From Leucoraja erinacea (Eukaryota), in NCBI RefSeq assembly GCF_028641065.1, contig NC_073387.1, forward strand, positions 47,430,001 to 47,494,000: a stretch of DNA of 64,000 nt. The letters are read 5' to 3'. The notes under the pieces were generated by a model. That model saw only the letters and a program-made list of their open reading frames with translations, had not been told where the DNA came from and did not search any database. Position numbers and translations under genes: made by a program. The first letter of the stretch is position 1; every line of letters begins with the position of its first letter. Below, in pieces: positions 38,428-50,551 of this stretch.

Positions 38428-39532
38428 ATGCAGGAGTAGCAAGATGGATTCAACAGTGGCTGAATGGGAGACGCCAGAGGGTAATGGTGGATGGCTGTTT
38501 GTCGGGTTGGAGGCAGGTGACTAGTGGGGTGCCTCAGGGATCTGTGTTGGGTCCTTTGTTGTTTGTCATGTACATCAATGATCTGGATGAAGGTGTGGTA
38601 AATTGGATTAGTAAGTATGCAGATGATACCAAGATAGGGGGTGTTGTGGATAATGAAGAGGATTTCCAAAGTCTACAGAGTGATTTAGGCCATTTGGAAG
38701 AATGGGCTGAAAGATGGCAGATGGAGTTTAATGCTGATAAATGTGAGGTGCTACACCTTGGCAGGACAAATCAAAATAGGACGTACATGGTAAATGGTAG
38801 GGAATTGAAGAATACAGTTGAACAGAGGGATCTGGGAATAACCGTGCATAGTTCCTTGAAGGTGGAATCTCATATAGATAGGGTGGTAAAGAAAGCTTTT
38901 GGTATGCTAGCCTTTATAAATCAGAGCATTGAGTATAGAAGCTGGGATGTAATGTTAAAATTGTACAGGGCATTGGTGAGACTAAATCTGGAGTATGGTG
39001 TACAATTTTGCTCGCCCAATTATAGGAAGGATGTCAACAAAATAGAGAGAGTACAGAGGCGATTTACTAAAATGTTGCCTGGGTTTCAACAACTAAGTTA
39101 CAGAGAAAGGTTGAATAAGTTAGGTCTTTATTCTCTGGAGCGCAGAAGGTTAAGGGAGGACTTGATAGAGGTCTTTAAAATGATGAGATGGATAGACAGA
39201 GTTGATGTGGACCAGCTTTTCCCTTTGAGAATAGGGAAGATTCAAACAAGAGGGCATGACTTCAGAATTATGGGACAGAAGTTTAGGGGTAACATGAGGG
39301 GGAACTTCTTTACTCAGAGAGTGGTAGCGGTGTGGAATGAGCTTCCAGTGGAAGTGGCGGAGGCAGGTTCGATGGTATCATTTAAAAATAAATTGGATAG
39401 GCATAGGGATGAGAAGGGAATGGAGGGTTATGGTATGAGTGCAGGCAGGTGGGACTAAGGGAAAATAATTGTTCGGCACGGACTTGTAGGGCCGAGATGG
39501 CCTGTTTCCGTGCTGTAATTATATGGTTATAT
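38428..39532 (+). mobile_element. CR1 LINE of a second subfamily; open RT C-terminal half
   Basis: ORF 38373-39458 has VPQGSVLGP and KYADDTK. The tail gggccgagatggcctgtttccgtgctgta resembles the V-SINE tails. Confidence 0.9.
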
Positions 39533-40339
39533 GGACCAAATTTCTGCACAATATCCCAGGTGCGGCTTTGCTAATATCTTGCATAACTTTAACACAGCCT
39601 CCCTATTCTTAAATTCCAGCTCCATGCAGCCAAAAGGCCAACATACTGTTTGCCATTTCATTGCTTATTGCACCTGCCTGTCATTTATTGTGATCATGCA
39701 GCAGATTCATTTGCAGTTACTCTCCATTTAGATAATGATCCATCGTTTGGTTCTCGTCAGTGAATGGCCTCTCCCTTCTCCACATTAAACCTCACATACC
39801 AGATCCCACCACCTCCCATAATCCCCAATCACTTTATCCATCTATGTCATTGTTGGCTTATGGGTCATTCACCAGTTTCAACTTTGCACAGGATCTCAGA
39901 GCAGTGTCCCCAGTGTAAATGTTGGGGGAAATCTCATCAATCTGCTCCTCTCCTGCTGGATACCAGCAATGGAGCACAACTTGGAATTTGCTGCAATTTC
40001 AAGCATTAATGTTTTTGCAGAGTGCTATTGCTTGCCCTTGTAACCTTTGTACTTTATATTGCAGTTCCTTGTGCCTACTTTATTGATACACTTTTTTCTT
40101 GATAATTATTGATACATAAAAAGTTTAATGGTTTTTTAAACCTTTACTTCATGAACAATGCATTCTAGGCAGGGATATATCCAGGAGGAATTCCCAAATG
40201 GAACAAAATGCTACTAACTTACCTGACAACCACAATCAGGGGGGGGGGGGGGGGGGGGGGGGGGAGGGTACATTCACAACCACAAATTTTAAACTGGGTA
40301 TGTGTGTGGGGTGGGGAAACTTTTTAAAATATTTCCCCT

Positions 40340-41023
40340 GCATGGAAAACCCGACCTTTTCTCTGTCGGGTCTCCGTTGTCGTTGGGGCCGAGCACCGTG
40401 GAGCGGCCTCCAACCGGAACGACCTGGGGCTCCAGTCGCGGAGCTGCGGACTTACCCACCATCGCGGTGCTGGCCGAGTTCTGAGCGGGAGGAACGGTGG
40501 TGGTGCGCTGCTGCAGCCCGACCCCGGAGATTCGGGGGCTCCAGCCGCCGGCCCGGTGGACGGTGACACTGGGAGCCCGCAGGTCCCTGCTGGGAGACCA
40601 CTTTTCGGGGCTTCCGCAACGGCGACTTCTCCCGTCCAAGTTGCAGGGTTGAGGATGACCTGGAGCGGGGCCTTACATCGCGCGGCGCGGCTTTAAATGG
40701 CCGCGGGACTTGTTAGCGCACATCGGGGGCTCCAACATCAAGACCCGGAGCGCGGCCTCGCATCACCTGGCACGGCTTTAATGGCTGCGGGACTTACTTA
40801 CCATCGCCCGCCGGGGGCTTTGACTCTGACATCGAGAGGAGAATGAGGAGAGCAGGGGAGAGATAAGACTTTGCCTTCCATCACAGTGAGGAGATTCACT
40901 GTGATGGATGTTCGTGTAAAATATGTTGTGTCTTGGTTCTTCTTGTGTGTATGACTGCAGAAACCAAATTTTGTTGAACCTCTGGGTTCAAATGACAACA
41001 AATAAATTGTATTGTATTGTATC
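40340..41023 (+). mobile_element. GC-rich non-coding retroelement related to 37926-38412
   Basis: Shares tttgcct..cacagtgagga, gtatgactgcag, a hairpin before atgacaa, and a (ttgta)n tail. Confidence 0.6.
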
Positions 41024-41127
41024 AAAAATCAATTAAATGTCTGACCGTACAATGAAAAGATCGTTAATAAGCACAGAAAAAGATTGCATGTACATTGACA
41101 ACCAATATAGTTGCAATTATTGATGAA

Positions 41128-41345
41128 ACAAGGAACTGCAGATGCTTATTTACACAAAAGGACACAAAGAGCTGGAGTAACTCAGCAGGTCATGCAGCAT
41201 CTCTGGAGAACATGGGATAGGTGATGTTTCAGGTCTGGACCCTTCTTCAGACTTATGATCAGTCTCAACCTGAAATATCATCCATGCATGTTCTCTAGAG
41301 ATGTTACCAGGCCTGTTGAGTTACTCCAGCATTGTGTGTCCTTTT
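41128..41345. mobile_element. Penelope-derived inverted pair
   Basis: A minus-strand copy (hammerhead-like core at 41223-41250) followed by a plus-strand partial copy, forming a fold-back. Confidence 0.7.
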
Positions 41346-42176
41346 AAATTGCAGTGATTGTTATTTCTAACACTGGCCATGGCCCAACATCTGTATTATT
41401 TGTTACCTTGGACCTCAATCCTTCTATCATTTTATCTTGATTGTGCTTTTCGTGTCTTTCATTTGGTCATCCTGTTGGTGTATTGGTCACTATATCCTGC
41501 CAGACTGGGCAATAGGCTAACAGAACATGTGCAATCCTCTCTGAATCTCGCCATTTCTTATGATGAAACGTCATTGAGTGTAGAGTATAATTTCCTGCTG
41601 TCCTGAAGATGCACATAGTTCACCTGCACTGCTGAAAGTTCACTCTTAGTTAGCGCTGTCCTACCGATTACAGGGGCAGCTTGTTCATGGCACGGAATTA
41701 CCGTTCTAATCATTCACAGATTTATAACTCATAGTGGCAACATGCCAGATGATCATATCACAGCTTTATATGGCAGCTCTGTATTTTGGCCCACTAAAAC
41801 ATTCTGAACAAACCATGATACAAGAGTGTTGTAGATAAGTGTAGATTAGTGGGTGGGCATTATAACATGGGCGGGAGTCATGTTCTCCCTGCATGGAAAT
41901 TGTCTTCTTGATATTTGCAGTGTTAAGCTTTTGCTAAACATTTGAGCAGGGATATTGGGACACAGTAAGATGAGAAGTGGATGAAGAGGGAAGGGGGTAA
42001 CTAAAAGGAACGAAAAGTTAAAGACATTTGTTGAGAATCCTCCATCATCAAATTGGTACTTTGTTTTATTATTCTAATAATCCATCTGAAACTTCTGTAA
42101 ATCAACATCAAGGATTTTGTAGGAAGGAAAGCATCCATACCAAGTAACAACAGTAGGCAGTTAGTGGAAAAGCAAA

Positions 42177-42182
42177 TTTATT
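42177..42182 (-). terminator. Candidate NR3C1 polyadenylation signal
   Basis: Minus strand reads ggataatAATAAAtttgcttttccactaactgcctactgttgttacttgg, with GT-rich sequence downstream. Confidence 0.55.
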
Positions 42183-44997
42183 ATTATCCAATTTCTGTCC
42201 ATTATCTGCATTGTTGAAAGCTATTCACAATTATTGGACTTTATAACACCTGCACAATTATGCAAATTTCATCTGCAACACTATTAGTAAATGAGACATG
42301 ACTCCAGACGTGCCACAAAGATCAGTTCAAAGCATAATAAAGGGAAGCAGGACCTTGGAAAAACATTCTACAAAAACACTTGCCCATCGGATTTACACAA
42401 GTCAAATAAATCCAGAAGTTTTTAAAGAAAGCCACATACAGGTTTTAATCCTATCAATGGGTTGTGTGACATTGAGAAGATGAGAGATCATGGGAGGATA
42501 AGCAACCTCTCCATAATATTCAGTATATTGTTTTCCAGTCAAATGATGAAATTGGTAATATTTGTTCATTCTTTACTTCCATATTTCAAAACTGGCGCAC
42601 CATTAATGAACTATTAACACAATCCTGTATATAATCTACACAAATAAATGTATTTGAGGTAATAGAGCCACATTTGATTGTCTGTTCTTTACATTATCTC
42701 AGTGCATGGGCATTAAAATTATACAATCAAAATTAGACCATTCTGAAAAATATTGAATTGAAAACTCTACAAGGTGGACGGACTCATGTTCTTCTTTCCT
42801 GTAAAAGGCACACTGTTAGCATTTGAACTGACAGCGTTCGTATTTTATGTTTATAGAATTAAAATTTAGGAAAATATTAAATGATGGTAAATCATTTTTA
42901 ATTAATCTTACCAAAATGGCACCATTTTTGAAGGACTTTATATCCTTGTAAACCTGATTATGTCAAAAAATTGCAATTAGGCAGATTATAGAAACTAAGA
43001 TCATCTTAACAACTTATATTATTCATTTTCTTAAAAAACAAGATCTGAATTGATAAGCTGTATTAAATTTATTCACTGAATTGAATTAAGCGTTTTAAAA
43101 TTTGACTAATTTATTTAATTCTTCGTGATATATGCGTTCTATGTTTCTAATAATGCTATTGTGCGAAAATTGACCCATAAACATGCATGGATGTGCACAT
43201 TTTTTTTAATGTTATTTTACATCCTCCAGTTCCACTTATTTACTATTGGAAAGGTGTAACTGCGTCCTCAGAGCACATTCTATAGGACACCTTTGAGTGT
43301 TGTGTCTTGTGCTGTTTTTATCAATAATTTGTTGGGGTTTTTTTGTATTGTGACAATTACTGTCCAGTTGATATCAGAATTAGACAATGAGCAGACTTAA
43401 CTAGCAATTTGTAAAACTAATTTTATTTTGTGAAGCCAGGTAATGTTATAAGCTCTTATCTCCTCCCTCCATGTACCAATCTCAAACCCTTTCAAATGTC
43501 TTCATATTATTTCCCATGGTCTCATTCAAATTCAATCACAAGTCAATCCAAGCACAAGATGTTTTTATTGTAGTATGTTATAAAATACTGTATATTTTTT
43601 TCCATTTCATTAACACCAGATGCACTTCCTTTCAAATGTTGTTTCTTGCTACTCGGCCAGAAACATTTGATTTATCACTCACTTTGAATTAAATCCAAAT
43701 CATTTAAGATTAGTCATTTACATGTAGAACTGCAACAACCTAAGTTACACATGGTTTGATCTTTTTTTAGGGCACTGTATGTACTGAAATAATATCAAAA
43801 AGCTTTAGTTTCTGTGAGAAGCTGGGTACATTCAACTTTGCTTCATAATAACAACGTATAAATCCTCCACAATTATCCTTGTTAAAGAAAGTATGATGTG
43901 CGAAGATATTGTTTCTAAACTGATAATGGAACTAAAATCAGCCTATAATACATCACCAGAAACTGCATAATTAGAGGATCTGCTTCAAATTTGAAAAATA
44001 TATCTATGCATTTGTTACTTGGTTATCTATATATATTGCGTAGCTAAATACAAAGACAGGGTTATGGTTGTATTCACAAGACAGAATACAAAAAGAACTA
44101 TGTTTGTGATATTTACTCATCTTATTTCAATAGAGGGATGTAGTGGCGTTGTCTGGAATTGGCTGGTGTTAGAATATATTTTTGCTTTTGCTGAGTGATG
44201 GCTAACATAGAAACACACCTGTTTGGTGCTGTAGACATAATTCTCTTGTTTCTCCTAAGGTGCGGAGGGCAGAAATAAAAATATACATGTTGTTCTCCTC
44301 TCAACGGGTCCAGCCCAAGTAATAGAATTTTTTTTGTTGATAAAGCACCTTTTTGCAGAGAAAAACCTTGATTAAAAACAGCTGGGCTTTAAGTATGTAA
44401 TTACCCGGTTTATTCTGCATCTTGGCAGGTACGACGCAGAGTTGGTGTCAAATCTTATGAGAAGAAAACTGAATTGTCAGCAACTTTGCACCAGCATGCA
44501 AAACAATTTAAATCAGGTCTTTGCCTGCAGTATAGGTAAAATGGTTAAAATCACGAGTCACAAACTACACGGAAAAACTGTAGCCATATTTCTCTCCTAA
44601 TAAAAGTACAATCAGATATTAAAAGAAAAAAATGTTTTTGGTACTATAATCATGGGATCCAATTTTTCTAACTGTCCATAATATATAAAATCCTCGAAAA
44701 GGACTAGCCAAACAGTAGCCCATACATCCATCTTAAATAACACTTTCATCCCAGCTATGAACTATAAATACTCTATTCATTTTTACTGGACTCTTCAAGT
44801 CACAGAAAACCAGGTCAGCACCACTGAGTCGCTCAATAGCAGAAAACCCAAATAAACAAACATCTCTTTCCTCTTGTTTAATAGCAAGGGCTACTTACAG
44901 AATGGGACTTCCACAGCACCAGGCCCAATTCATGATTACACAGAGGCTATTAGTGCAGCAGGTTTCTGCAAATATGGGTGACTGGTGATCAGACATT

Positions 44998-45288
44998 TTT
45001 AGTTTTAGTTTTTAGAGATACAGCGTGGAAACAGGCTGTTCGGCCCACCGATCCCCGCACATTAACATTATCCTACACATCAGGGGCAAGTTACATTTAT
45101 ACCAATCCAATCAACCTACAAACCCGTACGTCTTTGGAGTGTGGGTGGAAACTGAAGATCTCGGAGAAAACCCTCGCAGGTCACGGGGAGAACGTACAAA
45201 CGTGCATATAGACAACACTCGTAGTCAGGATTGAACCTGCGTCTCTGGTGTTATAAAGCAGCAATTCTACCGCTGCACCACCATGCCC
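44998..45288 (-). mobile_element. V-SINE (HE1-like) within the NR3C1 3'UTR region
   Basis: Same V-domain and tail as the copies at 19165 and 19568. Confidence 0.78.
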
Positions 45289-47235
45289 AATTGTTAAAGA
45301 GCAATGGTTCAGGGAAAAAAATAATTTAAAAGCTTAAATTTCTGGCATTAGAATGCAGTGAAACTTTTACTTTTAATTATCTTTTGCTAAATATATTGTG
45401 CTAATATGCAGGATTGATATTTTTTTAATTCCTCCTCACCCAAAGATACCACTTTGTTACACCACAAATGTAAAATTCATACATCTGCTAGTTGGGCATA
45501 CTCACCAAAATGAATTGTGGCTACATTATTGCTGGCAAACAGCAATGTAGAATTCTGTTGTAATTGTGGAAATGATGTCCAACAACACACATCACCACCC
45601 TATCTCCTACTTTCAACCTCTCATGCCAATTTTCCAGGCCGATCACCACTGTATCACAGGAATCAAACAGCTTTAAGGGTTTTATGGCCAGTTTTGCTGC
45701 AATTGCAAATGATGACCTAAACAGGTCCAAATCAATTTAACACACAATTTTAACATTCTGTTTTGGTTGGCTGCAGTTTGAGCTCTTGGTCAAATCAACC
45801 AATAGAATTGGTATACAAGATATTGATGAAAACAGCAAGAAACAGATTTAAATTATTTTGTCTGAACCACGTTTGATGTTAAAGCACCACAGCTGATTGT
45901 TGTAGTAAATTCTAGGACAGAGCAGAGAACAGTAGTTTACAAATAAGAGGGGGCATTTATTTCAGCATTTTCCACTCCCTGGTTTCTTTCCCCAAAGGCA
46001 GTTCCTCACAATTTCACCAAGTCTGCAAACTTAACTGCTATAATAATTACAATATCTTGAATTATCATCCTATCTGAGGAACAACGATCATGAGTAGAAA
46101 ACTAAATTTCCCTGCATTATGGTGGTATAGTCTCCAAATATTCCAACTGTACACCAAACAGAATCAAAAACACGACTGACTGATCAACTGGAAATTTACT
46201 GACTACATAATGTAACTGCAATCTACCCAACTGTTAAAAAATCTAAACTTTGTTTAATCACCAGAATCAGTTCTACTCTAATGCCTCTTTAAATGCAATA
46301 AGATGCTTACATTAAGGAATGCGTCATCCCCACAGAAACTAAAAGGGGATTTTCCTAATTAATATCCTGGAGCTAATCACAGAAGCCATGTTGGCCCCAT
46401 TATGGAGCATAAACATAAATCTATCAGCATTGATGAACCAACAAGCACTGGAACTGAACAAAATAAAGTTCTAAAATATCACATTGCCAAAGGCAATTAA
46501 TTGACACATTGTCAAATATGGCCACGGTAAATTCCTATAAGTAATGTATCACAAACTCTTTTTCCATAGAGCGTGGCACACATTATCCACACTCGACGAG
46601 TCAAATCATTTCCAGAAATATGTTTGCCCTCTCAAATCAAACAGCAGATTTTTTTTTAGGTAGTTCAAATACCAGACCGTTGATCAGTATTTTACAAAAT
46701 GATCAATTTTTACACATTTACATTAGAGCAATGGCCAAGTTTACTTGTACAACACAGAATTCAATGATGGTTATAAAGTAAAACTTCATCAGGCTCAAAT
46801 TCCACTTATATATAAAAAAACATACAGTTAAAGAAAATACTAAGCATGTTACCAGTTCTCCTGCATTAACAATAGAGTAAACTGTCCAAATTGGCTACAT
46901 TACTTAAAAAGCTTAAAAAAGGCACAATTTTCCCTTTTCTGATATACACTGTAAACTTCTCATTAGAATACATGCATAAAATCAAAACTGGTGTCACAGT
47001 ACACAAAAATAAAAGTTCACCACAAAATACATGCAGAATTTTCCAATATACAGTTGTTAGGCTATAAAACTGCTTCCTTTTCACTCCAGCCCAATCCTAA
47101 CCCTCTGTAAACCATATGTAGTGCATATGATATAATGGCAAGCGTTTGCAGGACAAACATTTCCAAAATTCCATCACATTGCGAAAAGCTATGGTGGGTA
47201 ATTTTAAGGCAATTTGTTTTCCTGTTTTAAGGCAG

Positions 47236-47391
47236 TCACTTGTGGTGAAACCGGAGGTGTTTGGCCATTCCAGCCATGACTTTTGGTAACTGGTTGCTAA
47301 TAATCTCCACCAACATTTCGGGGAACTCCACGCTGAGTGTCTTTGATTGCATAAAGGTATAAAAACAAAACTGCAAGAGCCCTTCCACCAA
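47236..47391 (-). CDS. NR3C1: Glucocorticoid receptor terminal exon (9-alpha equivalent) [51 protein letters not shown]
   Basis: Acceptor ctcttttag, 156 nt, AF-2 helix [11 protein letters not shown]; TGA at 47238-47236. Confidence 0.95.
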   Translation of the reverse strand: MVEGLLQFCFYTFMQSKTLSVEFPEMLVEIISNQLPKVMAGMAKHLRFHHK

Positions 47392-47679
47392 CTAAAAGAG
47401 AAAATAACAAGAATATTAGCAAACCGAAACAAAGCACGCGTAAAGTCAACATTTCTGAAGGGGGATTTAAAATTGTGAAAATGTAAAAAGTATTACACAG
47501 TAGACTTGCTAACAGTGGACATGCCGGATTTCTGAGGTGTTATAGTTTGGAAAAATATCTTGAGATAGAGAACTCCTGGTGAGCAATCTTATTAGATTGA
47601 AAATTACATGGAAACAGGCCCTTTGGCCCACCTGGTCCATGCCGACCATCTATCACACCCTTATAAGTAGTTCTTGTAC

Positions 47680-48570
47680 TTCCGGTGGCACTGGTGCCAG
47701 CAGCCTCCACCTACAGCCCGGTATCTTTTTGTTTTTTTGTTTATTTAGTTATGTTAAAAGTGTATTTTTTTGTGTTTTTTGGTGTTTTTATGTGGGGGAA
47801 GAGGGCACGGTGCGGGGGATACCGTACTTCAGCCGCTTCCTGGTGAGGACGCGACTATTATTCGAGTCGCGTCCTCCCCCCCCCCCCCCCACAGCGGCCT
47901 ACCTACCTGGATTGGCGCGGCCTTTCCTGCCGGGATCGACCGGAGCTCCAGCAGCGGCGGGACAGCGCTGGAACATCGCGGGGCTGGCGATGCCTTACCG
48001 GGGGTCCGGAGTGCTGGACCTGCTGCACCAACATCATGGAGCTGCGGTTTGCAGAGCTCCCAACGCGGGCGGCGCTGATGGACAGCGCGGGGTCCTGTGA
48101 CTCTGCCCAGCTCAACCTGCGGACTCGGGAGCTGCAGACTCCGGCAGCGGGAGGCGGCTGATCAGGAGGTCCGGGCCGCTGAGGAGGAGGATGCTCACCG
48201 TCGGGGTTCGGCGTCAGCGTTCCACCAGCCCGGCGTGAGGGCCTGAACATCGGGCCACCCGGGGCGGCGACTGCGGGTGCTCGGAAGGCCCCGACCACGG
48301 ATGGACACGGAGGGGAGGCTGGCTGGACTATGGTGCCTTCCTCACCTGGGTGCCATTTATGTTATGTTGTGTTGTGGACTTTCTGTGTTTGTGCTTTTGT
48401 TAAATTTTTAATTCAATTTCAATTTTATTTTTAATATGTTTTATTATTTATTTATTATTTATTTTTATTATTTTTCTTGTGATTTTTTTTAAACGATACT
48501 GCCTGTACGGGAAATTCATTTCGTTGTCTCAAAGTGAGGCAATGACAATAAAATTTGAATACAAGAATAC
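47680..48570 (+). mobile_element. GC-rich non-coding retroelement with Rex/Babar-like tail (NR3C1 last intron)
   Basis: CpG-rich body; ends catttcgttgtctcaaagtgaggcaatgacaataaa. Confidence 0.55.
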
Positions 48571-48877
48571 ATAAAAACAACTGTAAAAAATGTATATGAA
48601 GTGCTGGCTCTGACAGTAAATTATTACATGAACAAAATCTTATTTATATTCGCCACCCTGATCTTAGTCAAATTTGCCATTTTGCTGGAAAAAGGAAAGT
48701 TTCACAACACAACCTAAAATTCACTATTCCTTTGTTTAATCTGTTTCCAAGGTTTGTTGATAAAACTCAATAATTGCACTATTGTCAACTCATTTAATGT
48801 TCACATCTATAGATTATAATAATTTGTATTTTCAACCCTCATCTGTTAAACTGAGTGAACGTTAACATTTTAATATT

Positions 48878-49920
48878 TAATTTAAGAACTGCAGATACTG
48901 GAAAAATCGAAGGCAGACAAAAATGTCGGAGGAACTCAGCGGGTAAAGCAGCATCTATGGTGAGAAGGAATAGGTGAACTTTCGGGTCGAGACCCTTCTT
49001 CTGACTGATGTTGGGGGGGGGGGGAGAGACGGGAAAAAGAAAGGAAGAGGCGGAGACAGTATGTTTGTGGGAGAACTGGGAAGGGGAGGGGAAGGAGGGA
49101 GAAAGCAAGGACAACCTGAAATTAGAGAAGTCAATGGTCAAACCGCTGGGGTGTATGGGAATATGAGGTGCTGTTCCTCCAATTTGCGCTGGCCTCACTC
49201 TGGCAATGGAGGAGGCCCAGGACTGAAAGGTCAGATTTGGAATGGGAGGGAGAGTTGAAGTGCTGAGCCACCGGGAGATCAGGTTGGTTAGTGCGAACTG
49301 AGCAGAGGTGTTGGGCAAAACGATCGCCAAGCCTACGCTTGGTCTCGCCGATGTAGAGAAGTTGACACTTGGAACAGCGGATGCAGTAGATAAGGTTGGA
49401 CGAGGTGCAGGATCCTTGGAAACACTGCTTGGATCCTTGGATGGAGTCGAGGACAGAGGTAAAGCGACAAGTGTAGCATTTCCTGCGGTTGACAATAGAC
49501 AATAGGTGCAGGAGTAGGCCATTTGGCCCTTTGAGCCAGCACTGCCATTCAATGTGATCATGGTTGATCATCCCCAATCAGTACCCCGTTCCTGCCTTCT
49601 CCCCATATCCCTTAACTCCGCTATTTTTAAGAGCCCTATCTAGCTCTCCCTTGAAAGCATCCAGAGAACCTGCCTCCACCGTCCTCTGAGGCAGAGAATT
49701 CCACAGACTCACCATTCTCTGTGAGAAAAAGTGTTTACTCGTCTCCGTTCTAAATGGCTTACTCCTTATTCTTAAACTGTGGCCCCTGGTTCTGGACTCC
49801 CCCAACATCGGGAACATGGGGAAAGGTTGCAAGGGGAAGTACCCGGGAGGGGATGGTTTGGGTGGGAAGGTGCAAATTGGCCAGGGAGTTATGGAGGGAA
49901 TGGTCTAATAGTATTTTATG
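48878..49920 (-). mobile_element. Penelope-like retroelement 3' part (GIY-YIG endonuclease and terminal repeat), interrupted by CR1
   Basis: ORF 49131-49577 contains C..C...SSNLIYCIRC..C.LLYIGET.RRL.DRF..H...VA.HFN (GIY-YIG with Zn-binding Cys/His). The terminal repeat is at 48880-49010. Confidence 0.85.
49492..49818 (-). mobile_element. CR1 3' tail nested in the Penelope ORF
   Basis: ORF 49578-49832; ggttg is duplicated on both sides, and removing the insertion restores PCNRRKCYTC. Confidence 0.85.
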
Positions 49921-50267
49921 AAGGAAAATGGCAGTGTTTAGCAGGCACATTAACCAGTCAATGCCAGCATTGGTGATTTTAAGATTTTAGTCTCTACACA
50001 GTGATATAAAGTAGTAAACTTTATTCAACGTTTTGATGACAGGATAAGGAACAAAGTGAATACTTATTTTCTGTGTAGCTCTGAGGCCAAAATAGTAAAA
50101 CTTTATTTTATGAAACAGGGAACAATGCAGCAGAGAAACAGGCCCTTTGCCTAAGATGTCTGTGCCAACTGTGATGCCAATTTAAATTAATTTCATCAGA
50201 ATACACCTGGTACTTCATAAATGCTGCTATTGTCTCTGTTTCCACCACCCATGCACATACCATTCTA

Positions 50268-50399
50268 CAGTGCCCTCCATAATGTTTGGGACAAAGACCC
50301 ATCATTTTTTATTTGCCTCTGTACTCCATAATTTGAGATTTGTAATAGTAAAAACCACATGTGGTTAAAGTGCACATTGTCAGATATTAATAAAGGCCA
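50268..50399 (+). mobile_element. Solo Tc1 TIR fragment (same family as 22893-24974)
   Basis: ta-cagtgccctccataatgtttgggacaaagacccatc...aataaaggcca. Confidence 0.85.
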
Positions 50400-50551
50400 G
50401 TTAATAAAGATCACCACCACTTCCAAGTTCCCCTCCAAGTTGCTCATCATCTGGACCCGGACATTTACTGTGGTGGTGGCAGATTACCAGGCGTTCTCAA
50501 GTATGGACAATGAACACTGTAGTTGTTCAGGTCCTGAAAAATATTACACTA

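Larger units (their letters stand above)
42160..47235 (-). other. NR3C1: NR3C1 probable long 3'UTR (~5 kb)
   Basis: AU-rich and almost repeat-free downstream of the stop; ends near AATAAA (tttatt at 42177-42182) in a context resembling the recalled human NR3C1 3' end. Confidence 0.6.

Noticed and set aside
47227-47238. TGA-C stop context as a possible readthrough signal
   Set aside because: The context is TGA CTG rather than TGA CTAG, and an in-frame TAA follows after two codons.
47579-48298. GC-rich ORFs and a CpG island as a hidden gene or promoter (also 37826-38302, 40198-40639, 50795-52054, 58213-58726)
   Set aside because: They lie in GC-rich repeat-like segments, and stop-poor frames are expected at high GC; no recognisable protein motifs.
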